From Marsupella aquatica (Eukaryota > Plantae > Marchantiophyta): a DNA stretch of 64,000 nucleotides. The notes beneath the pieces were generated by a model that was not told where the DNA came from, searched no databases, and worked only from the letters and a program-made list of their open reading frames with translations. The number at the start of each line of letters is the position of its first letter. Position 1 is the stretch's first letter. The translations under genes and the position numbers were made by a program. Below are positions 24,682 through 34,131 of this stretch, piece after piece. Where the stretch lies: positions 22,235,168 through 22,299,167 of the forward strand of contig OZ316892.1 in assembly GCA_973895155.1 (NCBI GenBank), read 5' to 3'.

Positions 24682-27393
24682 CTAAGCCAATCCTAATCCT
24701 AATCTATTCCTACTCCACCGCAAATGCCTGGCACGCTTGCCAGAGCCACCCGAATGGGAACGGCCATCCCGCTGCCTTCGAAGCCTGTCATTGTCCGCTT
24801 TGAGGAGCTGGACCTGGTCTAGCAGAGATTTGTTCTCTCGCCTCGCCGCGTCCGTCTCCTCTGCTGCCTCCTGACATGCCTCCTCCAGCTGCTGGGCGTC
24901 GCTCGTCAGTTTACTCGCCAGCTGGTCCTGCTTCTCGGCCTCGGTTTGGAGCCGCGCCATCTCGGCCTGCAGCGTGGCTATCTCCGTCGCGTCCCGCTGG
25001 GCTCGCTCCTCGGCCTCCTCCAGGTCTTTCTGCCAGGTGACAGCTTGTTTCTTCAAACTGTCAATCTGGTTCCGGAGTCGTGTAATCTCGGCCTCGTTCC
25101 CAGCTTTGGCCTGTTCGGCTAGGGCGGTAAGAGCGTACGCCTTTGCTAACAACTCGTCGGCGGCTGCAACCTTGGGTCGTAGTTGCAGAAGCTCAGCCTC
25201 TTGAGCCGCCACTTCGTTCTTTAGGTACACGGACTCCACCCGGTACCGCTCTATCCTCTGAAGGGCCTCCGACTGGGCCCGACCTGCCTTTACGGCGGCA
25301 ACCAACTCCTGATTGAAGAAACAGGCTACCTTCCGGGCCATGAACTCCCCGGTATCCCGGGAAATTTGATGAGAGAAATCTCCCAGAAGCCCGTTCAGAA
25401 ACGTACCCTGTACGAAGAGTTCCGGGTGGTCCAAGTTGTGCCTGTCCGGATTTGGGCACGGGCAGACATCAACACGCGCAGGGGCCGGGGCAGTGACGTC
25501 CAGCCCTGGGGACATAACGTTGGAAGGGGCTGGAGTGTCCTCCTGCAGCGATGTCCGGTTCTCCGGAATTGCCACCGGCGGGTCCTTGGGAGACCCGGGT
25601 TCGGGTAAGACCTCTGCCGTACCAACTTCTGTACTTAGCCCGGCTAGTTGGTTCGCATCAACGGTTGCGACGACCGACCCCTCCGGCGCCTCCTCGGTTA
25701 CGTTTACTGCTATTTGTGGAGGTGGGGTGGGTGAAGCTGGCGTGTCCACTGGACTTCGGGCCTCGGGTTGGGGCCGTCTCTCCAATGCCGGAAAAACCCA
25801 CCTAGCTGGGACCAGCTTTGTAACGTTGATGCGGGGAAGGGTTCGTCGATCAAACCAGGCGTACCACTCCAGAATGATTTCAATGTGGCTAGCGAAATAC
25901 GCCTTCCCGCCAATGTACAGCGTCTTCCTTCGCCGCTCCATCTCTTCATGGAATTTCTTAGCGAAGTACGACGCCCATTTCCTAGGTCGATAGTTCTCGA
26001 CCTGGATGACCTGGGCGGCGGAGATCTCCCCCCGGGGTTCCATCATGTGGAGAGCGTACCTTTGGAACTCCAGCCACTCAGCTATCTCGGGCATGAGGCA
26101 GGTCCTCATCACGAACCCGTTGTCTACTGATCCCTCTGAGGGAAAACTTGAAGATTGGTACTTGGCCCCCTTGCCCCCGGGAGCCCGTGATTCGACTCGA
26201 TGGTCACCTTCGGGTAACCCGAAGATCATCTTGAGCCGTTCTTCTGTGAGGGACATATTCCTTCCCCGCAGCCGAGTCTGTTGACGTACGTCGTCATAAT
26301 TCTTGACGAATTCTGTCATGTCCTCCCCGTAGTACCTGCAAGTGTTCCAGGGGAGAGAGGCGAGGTGCTCAAATCCCTGAGTCTTCAGGTACACCGCATG
26401 CTTGGGATGGAGGATGTTGCTATGAACGTTTTCCCCCATCCGATGCATCGTTACCTTGGCTACGGCTACCGTGGCCAACGGTAACCCGGATGCACTGGCG
26501 GATTCCTTCCTCTTCTTTCCCCGTGACTGACTCGGGGAAGGTGATACTTCCCCATCCTCCCGATCGGGCCTGGGGAGTGCCACTGCGGTTGGTAATGGGC
26601 CCGGGGCGGCCATGGTCACCATGTTGTCTGCTGGGGCCGCTCCTGGGGTCAGAGCAGGGGGTGGGGACGATATAGTGTCGGCCCCCCGAGCGCTTGTTCC
26701 TCTGGGCCGCCTGGTCAAGGGTGGGGTAGCCTCATCGTCATCGCTAAGATCCACAGCGTTGATGATAGAGCGTACCTGTGCTGGCTGGGTGATAGGTGGT
26801 GGGGTTTGGCTAGGCTGCGGCTGAGGCTGAAGCTGAAGCTGAGGTTGCATGGGCACGGGTACGGGTACGGGTACGGGCACGGGTACGGGTACGGGTACGG
26901 GCACGGGCCCGGCTGAGTTGGTCATGTTGGTTGATGGCCGAGTTCCCAAGAAGCTCCGTAGGTGCTGGTAGAAGTTCTCCGAAGCGAGTGCGGACGCCCT
27001 TGTCGAACGGTTGGTACTGGACTCACCGTTAATGACAGCCCGAACCTGGGCAGGGATGTGGTCGAAGTGATGTCGCTGCAGGTCGATTGTACCCGGGATA
27101 TTGAAGACCTCGTCCGGAAGCCGAAGCAATGCTTCCCAGAACCCGATATATTTGTCTCCGTTGAAGAAGTACCCAGATACCTCAGCTGGTCGGTAAAGCT
27201 CGCTCTGAGACGGGTAGTCAAAGTTAAGGACGTAGTGGTGTCGTCCTGCTAGGCGGATGGCTCTCTCGTATTCGCGTTCGATCTCGTATCGGCGCGGGTT
27301 GGCGTGTTTCAATGAATCGGCCAAGTGCCTTCCGGTAGATAGGAACTGCGTCCAGAATCGAATGGCCAAGCTGGAGAGGATCGTGTGCGACAT
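24682..27393 (-). CDS. Intact 903-aa LTR-internal protein (N-terminal domain, Pro/Gln linker, plant-transposon-protein-like domain, coiled coil)
   Basis: Uninterrupted ORF; motif LPW...EFVKNY...RLRGRNMSLTEERLKMIFGLP.G; heptad-rich C-terminus. Confidence 0.85.
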   Translation of the reverse strand: MSHTILSSLAIRFWTQFLSTGRHLADSLKHANPRRYEIEREYERAIRLAGRHHYVLNFDYPSQSELYRPAEVSGYFFNGDKYIGFWEALLRLPDEVFNIPGTIDLQRHHFDHIPAQVRAVINGESSTNRSTRASALASENFYQHLRSFLGTRPSTNMTNSAGPVPVPVPVPVPVPVPVPVPMQPQLQLQPQPQPSQTPPPITQPAQVRSIINAVDLSDDDEATPPLTRRPRGTSARGADTISSPPPALTPGAAPADNMVTMAAPGPLPTAVALPRPDREDGEVSPSPSQSRGKKRKESASASGLPLATVAVAKVTMHRMGENVHSNILHPKHAVYLKTQGFEHLASLPWNTCRYYGEDMTEFVKNYDDVRQQTRLRGRNMSLTEERLKMIFGLPEGDHRVESRAPGGKGAKYQSSSFPSEGSVDNGFVMRTCLMPEIAEWLEFQRYALHMMEPRGEISAAQVIQVENYRPRKWASYFAKKFHEEMERRRKTLYIGGKAYFASHIEIILEWYAWFDRRTLPRINVTKLVPARWVFPALERRPQPEARSPVDTPASPTPPPQIAVNVTEEAPEGSVVATVDANQLAGLSTEVGTAEVLPEPGSPKDPPVAIPENRTSLQEDTPAPSNVMSPGLDVTAPAPARVDVCPCPNPDRHNLDHPELFVQGTFLNGLLGDFSHQISRDTGEFMARKVACFFNQELVAAVKAGRAQSEALQRIERYRVESVYLKNEVAAQEAELLQLRPKVAAADELLAKAYALTALAEQAKAGNEAEITRLRNQIDSLKKQAVTWQKDLEEAEERAQRDATEIATLQAEMARLQTEAEKQDQLASKLTSDAQQLEEACQEAAEETDAARRENKSLLDQVQLLKADNDRLRRQRDGRSHSGGSGKRARHLRWSRNRLGLGLA

Positions 27394-27494
27394 TCAGAGG
27401 AGATAGTAGTGGCAACCTAGAGAGAACGAGAGAGCTGGGGTCGAAGCTGGCGCGCGGACTGATGGACTGGTGCACTACAAAGGGTTGGCTCCCC

Positions 27495-27501
27495 TTTTAT
27501 A
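27495..27501 (-). promoter_or_regulatory. TATA box for the A2 LTR-internal ORF
   Basis: TATAAAA on the minus strand, at the same position as 6088-6094 in A1. Confidence 0.6.
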
Positions 27502-28207
27502 CTTTGAGGGCTTGTCGATCCCCGACGTCTCCTCGACGCCCATAGGTTGAACCGCTCACGCTTGTGGTGTACCGGCCACTCCGCCGGTCTGAGTCAGCGT
27601 GCGTCAGTGGCCGCTTCCTTAAGTTCGTTATACGGACCCGAGGGAGGGGCCCCTCCACGCTCGTAACCCGGGTGTGCGAATAGCGACCCGCCGCCAGCCC
27701 GAACCTGAAGTCGCCCTTATTGCCTAATGATGTCCTACCCCTAATGATTACCTAAATACTGTCGTTATGCTAATAATAGCGGCCTAAGACCCACCTAACG
27801 CGCGTGCCAAGCGCAGTTTAGACTGAATCACTCATTAACCGCCGTACCGGCGGCGTCACATTTAGTATCGGACGGCTGAGCTCTTGCAATATCGGAGCAT
27901 CGGAAAAATGCTAAAAATGTACTAGTGTAAGTAGATCCTATCCAACAAATGGAGCATGATGAATTCTTTAGATTTGGTCTCTCAGTTGCTCTATTAGTGA
28001 TGCATGTAGTTATTCCCTCAAGCGTTATCTCATCCATATGTAGTTTTTGTAACTGTCCTTTCCGAACTTGCTCGGTTTGACTGTGATCCTAGTATGGAAT
28101 AATCACGGTCAAACCAAGCTAGTATTTCTAGAAGTTAGAAGCACTAGTGACAATTGAACTCTGATATTCCCACTGCTGATTGAAGTGCATTGTTTGCGGG
28201 ATTTCAG

Positions 28208-28405
28208 GCTAATATTGTTGCAACAACTAAAATGTTGTTGAATGATAAGGAGGCCCCTCCCATATCAAGCCAACTTCAACATGATCCACAAGATGGATCC
28301 AGTAAAGTGCAGCCGGTGACAACAAAAGCTGAGGGTGAAGTATTAGGGAAGAGAGCAAGGACTGTGGAACGGGCTAGGAAGGTGACAAGCAAATTAAACC
28401 TGTGA
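28208..28405 (+). pseudogene. Probable last exon of the RING-H2 gene, displaced by the CACTA insertion
   Basis: Removing 12100-27927 and one TAA restores the donor GTAAGT at 12096. The acceptor TTTCAG ends at 28207 and is followed by the open frame ANIVATTK...KLNL*. Confidence 0.5.
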
Positions 28406-29084
28406 CTAGCCCTGAGCTTGGCACGATGCCCTTTAGCCCAAAGTCTCTATCTCAAGGTTCCTTCAGGAGGATGTTAGAGCTCATTGAAGTGAACTCTCAA
28501 CTTCCGCATCCACAGTTGCCCCAATCCGGTTCAATCAATCTTGTTCCCTCTGAGTCATCAATCAAGTCAAGAAAGAAATTGCAGCTTCATTTTGAACCTC
28601 CAGTTACAAGCTAAGCTGACCTGAAATTGGTGTGAATTTGATAGTTACATCAACCTCATACTAGAATCAGGGACAAATTGTGATTTGTGCATGCAAGAGT
28701 GGTGATGTACAATTGAAAAAATCAAAGTTTTGTTTTGATAAGTTTTACTCTGTGCAGCCAGTAGTCCGTGGCAGGCGCAACACATTATTTTGAGTTGGGG
28801 CCAGAAAATCTCTGCACTTAAAGTAAGTTCACTTCTGTTTCTCCACATTTGCAATTTTGCTGTTGTTTACAAGCATACCACTTGCTAGAAGTTACTTGTA
28901 ATGAATCTGGTTCTTGCAACCTGGACTACAGGTTCTTTCCCAAGGACCCCATGTCCGCACTTGAGGACTCTTCAACTACTTGAGGACAGTTCTTTGTCCT
29001 TATGTAGGGACTCATAGTCTTGAGACAAGGACTGCATGTCCTGATGATTGTAAGGACTGCCTGTCCTTGTATAAGGGCATTCTG

Positions 29085-29345
29085 GGGTACCTAAGGAGTC
29101 AGTGTCCTTATACAAGGACTCCGTGTCCTGGTACAAGGACTCCGACTCCTTATACAAGGAGTCAGTGTCCTTATACAAGGACTCATTGTCCTGATACAAA
29201 GACTCATTGTCCTGATACAAGGACTCGGTTTCCTTATACAAGGACTCTGGCTCCTTATACAAGGATTCATTGTCTTTATACAAGACTCATAGTCCTGATA
29301 CAAGGACTTGGTTTCCTTATACAAGGACTTTGTGTCCTTCAAGGA
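29085..29345. repeat. 21-bp minisatellite with a palindromic core (GTCCTTATACAAGGAC), ~12 copies with degenerate flanks
   Basis: Directly visible periodicity; it produces 7-aa periodic ORFs in several frames. Confidence 0.9.
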
Positions 29346-29497
29346 CTCGAGGTTCTTTTTGAAGAACTCAAGTACTTTCTATGGTTTGTCAAGGACCCAA
29401 GGTTCATCCAAAGTGGACTTTGATCCCTAGCCAAGGCCTTTCGATCCTTACCAATTCACAATTGAATTGAAGGTCCTGAGTTGAAAAATAGGTAGTC

Positions 29498-31743
29498 CTT
29501 GACGCCGATGACATGGTCCTTATTCTATGATCTGATTAACTAGGTTGCTGTATGCAAGGAGTAGCTATTGATACTGCATAACAATTAGCAAGATGGCAAG
29601 AATAAGGGCAATCATGGCATTAAGAGTAGGGAAATAAAAGCTATGTCGTAGGTGGTCGGCGACCATATCTCTTTCAATATGTCACCAAATCCGGATTTGT
29701 AAAGAGCATTGGAAAGATCTGGTCAAGGCGAGTAAAATTGATATAAAACACTTGGGAAACGGAGGTGTATTAAGGAAGATACGGCCTGATTAGTGTGATG
29801 GGTTAACTTGTGGCCGAAATTAGCGGGTTCGGCTTCAGTTTCGGGTTAACCCAAGCTTGACCACGGCTTAGCTTATGTGAGCACGGCTTCAGCTTAGCTC
29901 AGGTAAGCACGGCTTCAGCTTAGCTCAGGTAAGAACGGCTTCAGCTTAGCTCAGGTCAGCATAGCTTCAGCTTAGCTCAGGTAAGCACGGCTTCAGCTTA
30001 GGCTTAACCCGGGTTCGGATTAGATTGATCCCGGGTTAGACTGAACTCGGGTTAGCCTAAACTTGGGCTCAAGTTAGCATAGGTAAGCTCGGGTTTGGGC
30101 TCAGCTTAGGCTAGGTTAGCGGATAGCGGATAGCGGGTAGCGGCCTAACCCGAGACCACGGGTTAGCTCTACTCGGGTTAGATAGGATAGCTAGGTTAGC
30201 CGAACTCGGGTTAGCTATGTAACTCGGGTTAGCGCAGCAGTGAGTACCCCCTCTCGGTTGCGGGGGCATAACTCTCTATGTATTTGACTAAATCGGCTAT
30301 AATTGACCTCGTTGGAAAGAGGAGCTCAAGCCACTTCCAACGTTGTTATCCACGCAGCAAATGGTTGAATAGAGAAATCGGGAGAGGAGGCGCAAGCTCG
30401 CAAAAACCATGGAGGAGGGCCAAATCCAAAGTACATAGCCAATTTGAGATAGAAATAAAGTTGCGAGTTAGGGTTCAGTAGTTAGAGATAGTGGCGGCTC
30501 TGTTAGGGCTGGGATGGGGCTCCAGTAGCGTAGCATCCACCCATTTGGGCTCAATGAGAAAGTATATAGAGCAGCCCTCCGGTAGAGGCAGGGGGAACTT
30601 CAGTTGTGTGATCTCACGTAGATTGAGCAGCAGAGAGGAGCTCTGTGCAAGGAAGGCTGGGCTTGGAAGCTGGGTGTTGGGGAGAGCTTGGTTGTGCTAT
30701 TACTCAGGGAGTAATCAGCCACGCTTCACAGCAACAGTTGGCCAGGTTTGCAAGCTGGATTGTGGCTCTTTCTAGTAGGCAACACAACTGGGTTCTTTTC
30801 CCCCGATACAGAGCCTTGGCGATAGGTGATGTATTGGTGATTGTAAACTGTGGGGAGGATTTCAATGTGATTTGCGGTGAGCACATTAGGGAGGCTGAGA
30901 TACTGATTGAGGGGCAGCAGGAGGAGCATTTACAGTTTAGTCTGGCAAGGCTACGTGATCCATGGGGAGTCCCGGCCTTTGTCTGGTGGAGAGCACTAAG
31001 GGATTTATGGCCAGGGATGAGCTTGCAGGGCAAGCGTGAGGCCGGGCCTCATTATAGTCTGGGGTAGATTGCCGTTAGGCCTGGTACCAGCTTTGAAGTC
31101 AAGTCAACTGTGCATGCATAACTTGACATTCTGAAATGGAGGTGTGAGATCTGTACGTGTCCCCAAGAATGAAGTGCAATGAAGGAGGTTGAGTTCAGGA
31201 TTGAGCTTGCATGGCAAGCATGGGGCTTGCGGGGCAAGCACGTCACAATCTGGAGGAGACAGCCTTCGGCCCTAGTGTTCAGATCAAGTGTTCTCAGTGA
31301 ACTATTGTGCACATCTTTGAATCTAATTGAGTTTTCCTCTCAGGCCTCATTTCTCTCATGGATGTGTGTGTGTGTGAGGCAATCTGAGTGTATGATGGGA
31401 CTAGCAGCGCCATTGAGACGTGTACAAGGTGCATTGAAGCGGGCTGGGTGAGGACTGTCATAGCTCTGATTGCTGAGAGTGGAATGGCAGAGTGGTGGGG
31501 CAATGGCTTAGAAGTCCCTAAGCCGGGAATCAGTCAGGAGTCACTGGTTTATGGGTACATTCCGGCGGCGGAATAGAAACATACCTATGATAGTGAGCAT
31601 ACGTATAGACCTATGCGCACCGTAGCGCTAGGCCCTGTGTGTACGGGCCCGATATGAAGACCCCTTCTCACCAGAACTATCATGAGCGCAGATCTGATCC
31701 CCAACCTTGGTTCCTTGGGATTGAGCTTGGGTGATGTGTGATA
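29498..31743 (+). mobile_element. Old degenerate LTR related to family A but without the large ORF (family D); boundaries uncertain
   Basis: 30561-30605 (AGTATATAGAGCAGCCCTCCGGTAGAGGCAGGGGG) matches A1 9052-9095. 31505-31630 matches A1 9503-9620. Possible decayed ends TGACGCC / GTGATA with flanks TAGTC / GAGTC. Confidence 0.5.
29881..30000 (+). repeat. 26-bp tandem repeat GCACGGCTTCAGCTTAGCTCAGGTAA (~4.6 copies), followed by CGGGTTAG motifs to ~30235
   Basis: Directly visible. Confidence 0.9.
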
Positions 31744-32659
31744 GAGTCTTGCTATGATAGTCTGGTGTTAAGGGCATAAATTGGTATTTCTCGGCCTTCA
31801 CAACATCCCTTCGTGATCCTCAGGTACAAGGAGATGGTTTTGGCACCCATAGTGACGTTTTTGGTGTTAAGACCCATGTCAATCGCGTGACAGTGAGTGT
31901 ATGGCACCTCTTTCTCATTGAGCAAGTCAGGACACATACACTCAAACTTTGTGTTCCTGTTATTTGATAACCACAGATGGTCAAAGTGGTGGACCTTGCC
32001 ACCCAGCGCCCTCACCAATCCCAGCACTCACGCCTAAGTGCCCCTAGTGCTTGAATGCCTCCACAAAATACCTTGAGCACAACCTTGTGCCTCTTGCATC
32101 GCCAACGGCCCCTCCCATACAAAGCCGCACTTGCTCTCCAACACGACCGCTACTCAATGGTCCTCACTGTCTGCACAAGCAACCAAGCACCTTGGTAAAT
32201 AACCCTTCAGGATCTAGAACTTGCCAAGTCTAGCATCCTAACTCAAGCTCAACAGACATTGGTAAATAGGTCAACAATAGGTCCTCCCGACGCCATGCCA
32301 TAAGCTGGAACCAGAACCCACACCCATTGTTCGTCTAGAACAACTCCTTCCTTGGGCGCGGTCCGGGTTCCTCCTTGTACCTATCCATCACCAGCTGACT
32401 ACCCTGACCCCAGTACATGCTCATGGCCCAAATAGCGTAGCTTGTTCTAAAGCTTGTCCCAACACGCCGGGACCAGAATGGCTCTGACTCTAGCAACCAA
32501 CTTATGGTTTGCCCCACTGATGGTCTAGGGGCCAAGCACCCTTGGAAGTCAACCTCCACACCTACTTGGCCTTGCCTCCCCAACGCAAGCTCCATTGGGA
32601 GATTGGACGTGGCTTGGCTGTTGTTCGACAGGATTTGGCAAGTGGGCGAGATAACACCC

Positions 32660-34131
32660 TGTGATGCCTAGCTAGGAATCACTAGGCCAGTTAAGTGGGG
32701 AAAAGGAGGTGTACCCTATAAACACATTAGTATAGTAACAAAAACAAGGAAAATATAAACAATTAAGGGTGACTATGGAACCCGGGCCGTGGCCGGAGGT
32801 AAGGACGTCGGGGGAGAGAACACAATTAGGGTTAGGGCGTGCTAAGCATCGGCGGCTAGGGGTAACCAACGGGAGGAAAAACTAGAGGAGGAGAGGGGTA
32901 AGGACCGCTTGCGAGGAATGGTGGCTCATTTGCAAGCACGAACTGGGCAGACAACTACGGAAGGCCAACTACTATCAGCTGCTTAGGCAAGCACTCGGGG
33001 CGGGAGCAAATACCAACGATCGAGTCAAGGAGGGTATGAGAAACGTCAATCAAGCAGCACATTTTTGGGGATGCCTGTTCGAACGGGCAACTGAGTACAT
33101 TAGGACTTACGAGGATGAAGAATCGGAGAGAGCAGCTCGAGAACGGCAGGAGCTCGCTCGACTATGGGAGCTACAGAAGTCCGCCTTCTTAGGAGGAGAA
33201 ATCATCAAGGCCGAGTTCTTGTGGACTCCTACTGCCAATCAGCTCGATGACCTTTTGTTTTGCGAAGACAGAATTGTCGGCATTTGGGAAGCCATCAACC
33301 GCTGCAACAACGCGCACTAGGAGTTGAAGGGTAGCACGGAGGGGTGGACAAAGGCAACTGTGCTAGGAGAAACATCCACGGCAGCCGAGATGAAGAGGAA
33401 AGGAAATAACAACAAAGAGGCCACCCCGACAAAAAGAATGAGGTCGGCGGCACCAAGGAAGCCAGTAGAGCAGCAGAATAGGAGGCAGGGAGAAGCCAAA
33501 GAGGAGGAGGTCGATCCCATCAATGCCATTCCAACAAAGGATGACACCTAGAAAGGCTGGGCGGCGACCCTACCAGAGGAAGTGCAATTACATTTTGCAC
33601 GGGAGGAGGATGCATGCTTTACGGCCATGCAGACCAAGAAGTACGAGGGCTTCATGGCCGGATCCGGCTTGGAAGCCTTTGTAAGATTACCATGGCTGAA
33701 GCCGGAGGTGCCGGACTCAGACTTATTAGAATTCGTGGGATCATGGGAACCCGAGACCAATTCCACGAGGGTGTATGGGAAGGATTTCTATCTCACTCCC
33801 CGGGTGATTGACGAGGTGTTTGGCTTGCCAATGGGTAATAAGACCAAGGTTGATACCAGGAAGACCTTACCTGACAAAGAGTTTCGGACGTTCCCAGGAC
33901 CATCAACGAAGAATGGCTTCTTCCGGAATACCTGCACCAACCCGCACATCAGAGAGATGATCAATTTCTTGCGGGTGACCATGCATTGTAACTTGCCGAG
34001 GGCAGAGATCGGCAAGGCTTAGGTCTACCTGGTAGAAAGGCCAGACCCAAGCTGGGATTACAACGGGTACCTCCTCAACCAACTGAAGAAGATCTTGAAG
34101 GAGGAACAGCAGGTGATTGGTGTGGGAAGCG
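32660..34131 (+). mobile_element. Truncated, decayed LTR of family B (copy C1) with a pseudogenised LTR ORF
   Basis: Starts TGTGATGCCTAG, like the B LTR. ORF fragments 33036-33320, 33324-33551 and 33582-34022 match the 1228-aa protein, with TGG/CAG>TAG stops. Confidence 0.9.

Larger units (their letters stand above)
23824..27860 (-). mobile_element. 4,037-bp gene-containing solo LTR (family A, copy A2), nested in the CACTA subterminal region
   Basis: TG...CA ends. TSD TTTAG at 23819-23823 and 27861-27865. Reverse complement of 5730-9736, with 5 extra ACGGGT (PV) units. Confidence 0.92.
12100..27927. mobile_element. Complete CACTA (En/Spm) transposon, ~11.8 kb plus a nested 4-kb solo LTR
   Basis: TIRs CACTAGTACATTTT (12100) and AAAATGTACTAGTG (27927). 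3-bp TSD TAA on both sides. TCCGAT/ATCGGA subterminal repeats at both ends. Internal transposase. Confidence 0.95.

Noticed and set aside
5730-27860. A1 and A2 as giant terminal inverted repeats of one composite element
   Set aside because: Each has its own distinct TSD, and A2 lies inside the CACTA element while A1 lies outside it.
31752-32595. Minus-strand ORF fragments (91 and 86 aa)
   Set aside because: They may be a decayed coding remnant, but I recognise no motif, so no call is made.
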